Part shown: in pieces, positions 58,720 to 64,000 of the stretch
Layout: every line of letters starts with the position of its first letter
Numbering within the stretch: the stretch's first letter is position 1
NCBI GenBank assembly: GCA_039028615.1
Contig: JBCCHT010000039.1
Span: 1 to 64,000 of the forward strand
Length of the DNA stretch: 64,000 bases
From: Myxococcota bacterium
GTDB lineage: Bacteria > Myxococcota_A > Polyangia > Nannocystales > Nannocystaceae
Direction of reading: 5' to 3'
The notes under the pieces: generated by a model
Told to the model about the DNA's origin: nothing
What the model saw: the letters and a program-made list of their open reading frames with translations, nothing else
Database searches by the model: none
Translations under genes and position numbers: made by a program

Positions 58720-60843
58720 ATGACTGGACTCGCGTTGTTCCTGCCGTCGACCCTTGGTTCAAAGTATGGGCGCTCGATCGTCGGGCCCGGGCTGGCCGCG
58801 ATGTGCATGCTGCTGGCGAGCGATGCCGCCCAGGCGGCCGTCGTGCCCGCGCAGATCGTAGTGCGGACCGGCGACACCCCGACCGGACCGATGGTCATCG
58901 ACGTGCACGGAGCGGTCGTCAACGATGCGGGGGAGCCGGGGTTCATCGTCGATCTCGCGGATGGCGATCACCTGGTGTGGGTCGGCGCGGGGCCGGTTTG
59001 GGAGGGCAGCGACGACGCCGTCAACATCCTCAGCGACGTCGAAGCCACCATGGGCACCAACGGCCTGGGCGACTTCGTCTACGCGCCCGACATCAATGGC
59101 ATCGACGGCCTGTATACGAACAGCGGCCCCTTGGCGATCGCGGGCGACCCTGCGGTGGGGCACCCCGCAGGTGCGATCTACACCTTCCATCGCCGCCCCT
59201 CGATGAGCGCCGACGGATCCGTCTACTGGAGCGCGGGCGTCGACCTCGACGGCGGAGGCACAGACGTCCTCACTTTCTACCGCAGCCCCGACGGCACCCC
59301 GGGCTCCATCGAGCGGCTGCTGTCCAGCGGCGACGCGGTCGGAGCCTTGATCGTCGACGACTCGGGCGGCGGCACCGATGGCGGCATCGACAGCGACTAC
59401 CAGGTCTCCGAAGACGGCACCCACCGAATCCACGTGCTCAACATGGAGGGCCCCTCGACCATGGACGGCATCGTGTGGGTCGATGGCGCGGTCGCCATGC
59501 AGGAGGGGACCCCCACGGGCGGCGGAGACAACTGGGACAACTTCGATCTCGTCTCGATCAACAACGCGGGCAACTACCTCGTCACCGGCAATACCGATGG
59601 CCCCGAGGGCACCGACGAGTTCGTCGCCTACAACGGGACCGTCGGCATTCGCGAGGGCGACCTGGTGGGCGGGGTGGCCCTGCAGACGAGCGCCAGCCTC
59701 CGCTTCGCCTCGATCAACGACAGCAACCAGGCCGCGTTTTCCTGGGGCTACCAGTCGGTGGCCGGCTTCCGGGAGGCGGTGTTCTTTTCCTGCAACGCGG
59801 CCGACCTCGGGGCGTCGTCGCTGCCCGTGCTCACCACCGACGACGACACCATCGACATCGACGGCGACATGATCGGCGACTTCGTCGTCGACGAGATCGT
59901 CAGCTCTACCGCGGTCACGGCCAAGGTCCTGGGCAACACCCCCTTCATCTATGCCGAGGTCGACCTCGACGACGGCGAGGCGGTCTACAACGCCGTCGTG
60001 CAGATCCCCGTGATCTGCTGCGGCAACGGCCTGGTCGATCCGATGGAGGACTGCGACGACCAGAACGCCGACAACACCGATGGCTGCCTCGACAGCTGCA
60101 TCGCGGCCAGCTGCGGCGACGGCTTCATCCAAGCGGGGGTGGAGACCTGCGACGACGGCAACGACGACGATACCGACGACTGCCCCGGCACCTGCCAGCC
60201 CGCGACCTGCGGCGACGGCTTCGTGCAGGCCGGCGTGGAGGAGTGCGACGACGCCAACGCCGACGACACCGATGACTGCATCGCGGGCTGCGTGGCGGCC
60301 TCGTGCGGTGACGGGTTCGTGCAGGCCGGCGTCGAAGACTGCGACGATCAGAACGACGACGACACCGACGACTGCGTGGCCGGCTGCGTGGCGGCCTCGT
60401 GCGGCGACGGGTTCGTGCAAGACGGCGTCGAGGAGTGCGATGATGGCAACGACGACGATGACGACGAGTGCCTGAGCGACTGCACCATACCCGTGCCCCC
60501 CTCCGACACCGGGTCCGAAGGTGGCGACACCACGGGCGGTGATACCAGCGAAGACACCACGGCGGGGGAAGGCGAAAGCGGCGTCGACAGTGCGAGCACG
60601 GGCGACGGCGGCAGCGCGGAAGGGGTGGACCCCGATGATGCGGGCAATGCCACCGACTCGGCCGGAGACGCGACCGGCTCGGGCAGCGACGGCGGCAGCG
60701 GCAGCACGGCCGGGGTGGGCGACGACGGGGGCGGCTGTGGCTGTCGCACCAGCGACGAGCGCCCAGTCTCCGGCATCGTGTGGAGCCTGTTCGGGCTGGG
60801 CCTGCTGGGCCTGAGGCGCCGACGTCCCACGCTCGGTCGCTAA
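58720..60843 (+). CDS. Surface protein with myxococcal Cys-rich (DUF4215) repeats and MYXO-CTERM sorting signal
   Basis: Five CG.G....E.CDD.N.D..D.C repeats; C-terminal GGGCGCRT...[10 protein letters not shown]; start uncertain. Confidence 0.88.
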   Translation: MTGLALFLPSTLGSKYGRSIVGPGLAAMCMLLASDAAQAAVVPAQIVVRTGDTPTGPMVIDVHGAVVNDAGEPGFIVDLADGDHLVWVGAGPVWEGSDDAVNILSDVEATMGTNGLGDFVYAPDINGIDGLYTNSGPLAIAGDPAVGHPAGAIYTFHRRPSMSADGSVYWSAGVDLDGGGTDVLTFYRSPDGTPGSIERLLSSGDAVGALIVDDSGGGTDGGIDSDYQVSEDGTHRIHVLNMEGPSTMDGIVWVDGAVAMQEGTPTGGGDNWDNFDLVSINNAGNYLVTGNTDGPEGTDEFVAYNGTVGIREGDLVGGVALQTSASLRFASINDSNQAAFSWGYQSVAGFREAVFFSCNAADLGASSLPVLTTDDDTIDIDGDMIGDFVVDEIVSSTAVTAKVLGNTPFIYAEVDLDDGEAVYNAVVQIPVICCGNGLVDPMEDCDDQNADNTDGCLDSCIAASCGDGFIQAGVETCDDGNDDDTDDCPGTCQPATCGDGFVQAGVEECDDANADDTDDCIAGCVAASCGDGFVQAGVEDCDDQNDDDTDDCVAGCVAASCGDGFVQDGVEECDDGNDDDDDECLSDCTIPVPPSDTGSEGGDTTGGDTSEDTTAGEGESGVDSASTGDGGSAEGVDPDDAGNATDSAGDATGSGSDGGSGSTAGVGDDGGGCGCRTSDERPVSGIVWSLFGLGLLGLRRRRPTLGR
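60017..60485 (+). repeat. Intragenic ~96-bp tandem Cys-rich repeats
   Basis: TGCGGCGACGGCTTC...TGCGACGAC units recurring five times. Confidence 0.85.
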
Positions 60844-60898
60844 AGCCGGGCTCCGCTTCGAACGGCACCGGTCGACGGTATTGCAGTACTGTCGACCG

Positions 60899-62008
60899 GT
60901 GGCGGACGACGATCAACCCGCTCCCTACAGCGCGGACTCGATCACGGTGCTCGAGGGCCTCGAGGCCGTGCGTCGGCGGCCCGGGATGTTCGTGGGCAGC
61001 GTGGACGCCGAGGGGGTGCATCACCTGCTGTGGGAGGTCGTGGCCAATGCCCTGGATGAGCACCTCGCCGGGCATGCCCAGCGGGTGCAGGTCTGCCTCG
61101 ACGGCAGCACGGCCACGGTGGAGGACGACGGCCGGGGGATCCCCACCGCGCTGCACCCTTCCGGGAAGACGGCGCTCGAGGTCGTGCTGACCACCCTGCA
61201 AGCAGGGGCGACCGCGGACGGGCACACCCCCCACGTGCACATTGCCCCGTGTCTACACGGCGTGGGGCTGGCCGCCGTCAATGCCCTCTGCGAGCACCTG
61301 CACGCCCGGGTGCACCGCCACGGCCGACGCTTCGAGATCGCCTGCGCCCGGGGGCAGGTCGTCTCGCCCCTGCGGGATCACGGGCCCAGCGACGGCCGGG
61401 GGACTCGGATCGAGCTGCGGCCCGACGCCACCCTCTTCAGCGACACCACCTTCGACCGGGCCCTCGTACGCGAGCACCTGCGCCGGCTCGCGTACTTCAA
61501 CCCGACGCTGCGCATCGGCCTCGACGACGAATCGTTCCACGAGCCCGCCGGTCTCGCCGCCTTCGTCCGCGAGCACGCCTGCGCCCGAGACGAGGCGACC
61601 CCCGTCATCCACCTGTGCGAGGTCGCCCGGGACGTGCGGGTCGAGGTCGCGATCACCTTTGGGGAGCCCGCCGCCCCTCGCACGCACTCCTTCGTCTGCC
61701 AGCGACCCACGAAGGAGGGCGGCACCCATGTGGAGGGCCTGCGGCGCGGCCTCGAGCGAGGCATGCGGGCGTGGTTCCAGGCTCGACCGGCGCTGTCCCC
61801 CGTCCGCCTCGATCGCGTGCCCGGCTTCGTGGGCGCGGTGCACGTCGGCCTCTACGACCCTCGCTTCGGCGGCCCCACCCGGGATCTGCTCGCCGACGGT
61901 GAAGCGCGATCGGCCGTGCACGAGGTCGTGGCGCATCGCCTGCCGCAGTGGCTCGAAGACCACCCCGATCACGCTCGCTGGCTGGCGGCTCGGATCGCGC
62001 CTTCGTGA
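60899..62008 (+). CDS. Stand-alone GyrB/ParE-like N-terminal ATPase + transducer protein (no TOPRIM)
   Basis: YSADSITVLEGLEAVRRRPGMFVG, EVVANALDE, DDGRGIP, LHGVGLAAVNAL and EGGTHVEG motifs; ends at about 370 aa. Confidence 0.85.
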   Translation: MADDDQPAPYSADSITVLEGLEAVRRRPGMFVGSVDAEGVHHLLWEVVANALDEHLAGHAQRVQVCLDGSTATVEDDGRGIPTALHPSGKTALEVVLTTLQAGATADGHTPHVHIAPCLHGVGLAAVNALCEHLHARVHRHGRRFEIACARGQVVSPLRDHGPSDGRGTRIELRPDATLFSDTTFDRALVREHLRRLAYFNPTLRIGLDDESFHEPAGLAAFVREHACARDEATPVIHLCEVARDVRVEVAITFGEPAAPRTHSFVCQRPTKEGGTHVEGLRRGLERGMRAWFQARPALSPVRLDRVPGFVGAVHVGLYDPRFGGPTRDLLADGEARSAVHEVVAHRLPQWLEDHPDHARWLAARIAPS

Positions 62009-62155
62009 GCCTCTACGGCGACCGGTTGTGCGCCTCGGGACGGCGACCGACGATCCGCTTTCGCGGCCATTGAACAATTCCGCCTCCGAGGGGGTGACCG
62101 ACGACCCCATGAAGAGGAGCCCCGGCGATGAAGCCTCGGCTCCTCTTTGTTCCTC

Positions 62156-62689
62156 TCACTCGCCGGTAGAGCCCGCGTCCTTGGGCAGGTTCTCGCAGGC
62201 CGTGCCCGCGTGCTCGCAGGTGAACCCGGGCCACGACACGCAATCGGCGTCGTTGGCCTGGCACTCGAGCAGGCAATAGCCGTGGGCGCACAAGAAGCCC
62301 TCGTCGCACACCGTCTGATCGATGCCGCAGAACACCAGGCACGTGTCGAAACACTGCGGGCTTCGGCAGCACATCTCGCCCTGGTCGCAGGCGGGCACCG
62401 TGGCGCAAGGCTGACCCAGCGTAGGCGCAGGACCGGTGGATTCGCTCGACCCCGCCCCCGTGCTCGTGGACGTCGTCGCGCCGCTCGCCTCACCCGTGGT
62501 CTCGGCGGCGGCTTGGGTCGTAGACGCCGACGAATCGGTCGCGGCGTCGGACGTGCTCGACGCCGCACTCTGGCCGCCGCCGGCATTGGCATTCCACAGC
62601 GGGTTCTCGCCGATGAAACAACCACCGAGCGACACGAGCATGACCAACGACCACGCCCTACGGCGAGATCGCGAGCCCTTCGTCGGCAT
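62156..62689 (-). CDS. Small Cys-rich lipoprotein
   Basis: LGGC lipobox; Ser/Thr linker; Cys-rich C-terminus; start uncertain. Confidence 0.7.
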   Translation of the reverse strand: MPTKGSRSRRRAWSLVMLVSLGGCFIGENPLWNANAGGGQSAASSTSDAATDSSASTTQAAAETTGEASGATTSTSTGAGSSESTGPAPTLGQPCATVPACDQGEMCCRSPQCFDTCLVFCGIDQTVCDEGFLCAHGYCLLECQANDADCVSWPGFTCEHAGTACENLPKDAGSTGE

Positions 62690-62817
62690 GGTCTGTGGAT
62701 GCAGCATGCGTCGTTTCCGACCCAGGAGAGCATCATACCGCACTCCGAGGTGAGCCCGATCGCCGGTCGGCGGGATTTGTGACGCAGGCGCTTGGCGCCG
62801 CGGTGGGCCGCGCTACC

Positions 62818-63825
62818 ATGCGCTCCGTGCCCGCGATCGCCTGGAAACGGTGGTGCGTCACGCTGCTCGGCCTCAGCGTCTCCACCGCGCTCGCTTCACC
62901 CGCCATGGCGGGCGAGTCGGACGTCTCCACCGTTGTCCTACCGATCTCCACCGAAGGCGAGCTGAGCCAAGTCGCGCTCGACCGGATCGACGCTTCGCTG
63001 CGCAAGGGCCTGACCTCGGGCGGACTGTCCATCGTCGACGGCGGCGGCACGAGCCCGTGTGCCGATGCGCAATGCGTGGCCGATCGGGCCACACAAGCCG
63101 AAGCAAACACCGCCGTGCAGCTCCAGCTCGTGCTCGAAGGTCGCGACTATCGCATCGAGCTATTGGCCACCGATCGCGATGGCAAGCCGCTCACGGCATC
63201 GGCCGAGTGTGCCATCTGTGGCTTCGACGAGGCCGCGACCGTCGTCGGAGACGAAGCCACGATCCTGGCCGGAAAGCTCACCGAGGGCCCTGAACCGGCC
63301 CAGGTCACCGTCGACACGACCCCCGCAGGCGCAGCCGTCTATCTCGACGACGAGCCGGTCGGGACGTCACCCTTGTCCATCGACGTCACCGAAGGCGAGC
63401 ACGAGATCCGCCTCGAGAAAGAGGGCTTCGGTACCAAGCGCGCCACGTACTCGGCGGTGGGCGGGGTGAAGGAAAAACTCAGCTACGAGATGGTCGCCCA
63501 GACGGCCCCGAGCAAGTCGATGCGCACGGGAGGCTGGGCCGCGGTGGGAGCCGGGGCCGCGGCGTTCATCGCCGGAGTGGGCTCGCTGGCAATCAACGGG
63601 CGCGACGTCCCGTGGCGCTGCGACGACCCGGTCAACATCGACGCCAACGGAATCTGCCGCTACCAGTTCACCTCGGTGCCGGTCGGCGCGACGCTGCTGG
63701 CGCTGGGCTCGGCGAGCGTGGCCGCGGGCACGGTGTGGCTGCTCGTCGATCGCAACCGCCGTCGCGCCGACGCCAAGCAGGTGCGCATCATCCCCACCGG
63801 GCTGGGCATCGCGGGTCGGTTCTGA
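62818..63825 (+). CDS. PEGA-domain protein
   Basis: Signal peptide; VDTTPAGAAVYLDDEPVGTSPL...GEHEIRLEKEG; C-terminal hydrophobic segments ending GRF. Confidence 0.88.
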   Translation: MRSVPAIAWKRWCVTLLGLSVSTALASPAMAGESDVSTVVLPISTEGELSQVALDRIDASLRKGLTSGGLSIVDGGGTSPCADAQCVADRATQAEANTAVQLQLVLEGRDYRIELLATDRDGKPLTASAECAICGFDEAATVVGDEATILAGKLTEGPEPAQVTVDTTPAGAAVYLDDEPVGTSPLSIDVTEGEHEIRLEKEGFGTKRATYSAVGGVKEKLSYEMVAQTAPSKSMRTGGWAAVGAGAAAFIAGVGSLAINGRDVPWRCDDPVNIDANGICRYQFTSVPVGATLLALGSASVAAGTVWLLVDRNRRRADAKQVRIIPTGLGIAGRF

Positions 63826-63913
63826 GCCTCCACTCACACATCAGACTTTCCCTGACAGCAACGCTCGCCGGGCCGCGATTTCGGGCGCCTGCGAGCGATG
63901 TGCCCGGTGGCAC

Positions 63914-64000
63914 TTACAACAGATCGTAGAACTCGCCAGGCCCGAGGAACAGCACCGGAGTCGAGCCGAAGCGGATCCGGTCGCCCGTGTTGACCACGAT
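63914..64000 (-). CDS. 3' end of a probable FHA-domain protein (truncated by window)
   Basis: Reverse strand reads ...IVVNTGDRIRFGSTPVLFLGPGEFYDLL*; GD.I.FG is typical of an FHA C-terminus. Confidence 0.55.
   Translation of the reverse strand: MVVNTGDRIRFGSTPVLFLGPGEFYDLL

Noticed and set aside
60899..62008. Calling this gene gyrB/parE
   Set aside because: It lacks TOPRIM and the C-terminal half, so it cannot be a functional topoisomerase B subunit.

Overview
High-GC DNA from a myxobacterium, most likely Nannocystaceae-like. This is inferred from the many Cys-rich lipoproteins, a MYXO-CTERM protein, kinase-TPR/ECF modules and DUF1592/DUF1552 genes. The first 39 kb is a mosaic of secreted lipoproteins, hydrolases (Shewanella-like phosphatase, tyrosinase, sulfatase, trypsin-like protease, EEP), two Ser/Thr kinase-TPR signalling modules, RNase HI and a PSCyt/DUF1552 operon. 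The standout is a tightly coupled six-gene operon of about 18.7 kb (39.9-58.6 kb). It encodes a CHASE2-GAF-PAS sensor with no output domain, a tandem CapC/PgsC protein fused to two degenerate hydrolase-like domains, a membrane-anchored beta-sandwich protein, a protein with poly-gamma-glutamate-hydrolase-like motifs, a 1686-aa secreted protein with a probable C-terminal outer-membrane barrel, and a giant 1629-aa CapB/PgsB-like amide ligase. It reads as a diderm-type synthesis and export machine for poly-gamma-glutamate or a related polyamide. No rRNA, tRNA, CRISPR or transposase was recognised. All family assignments come from motif recognition by eye, with no database search.
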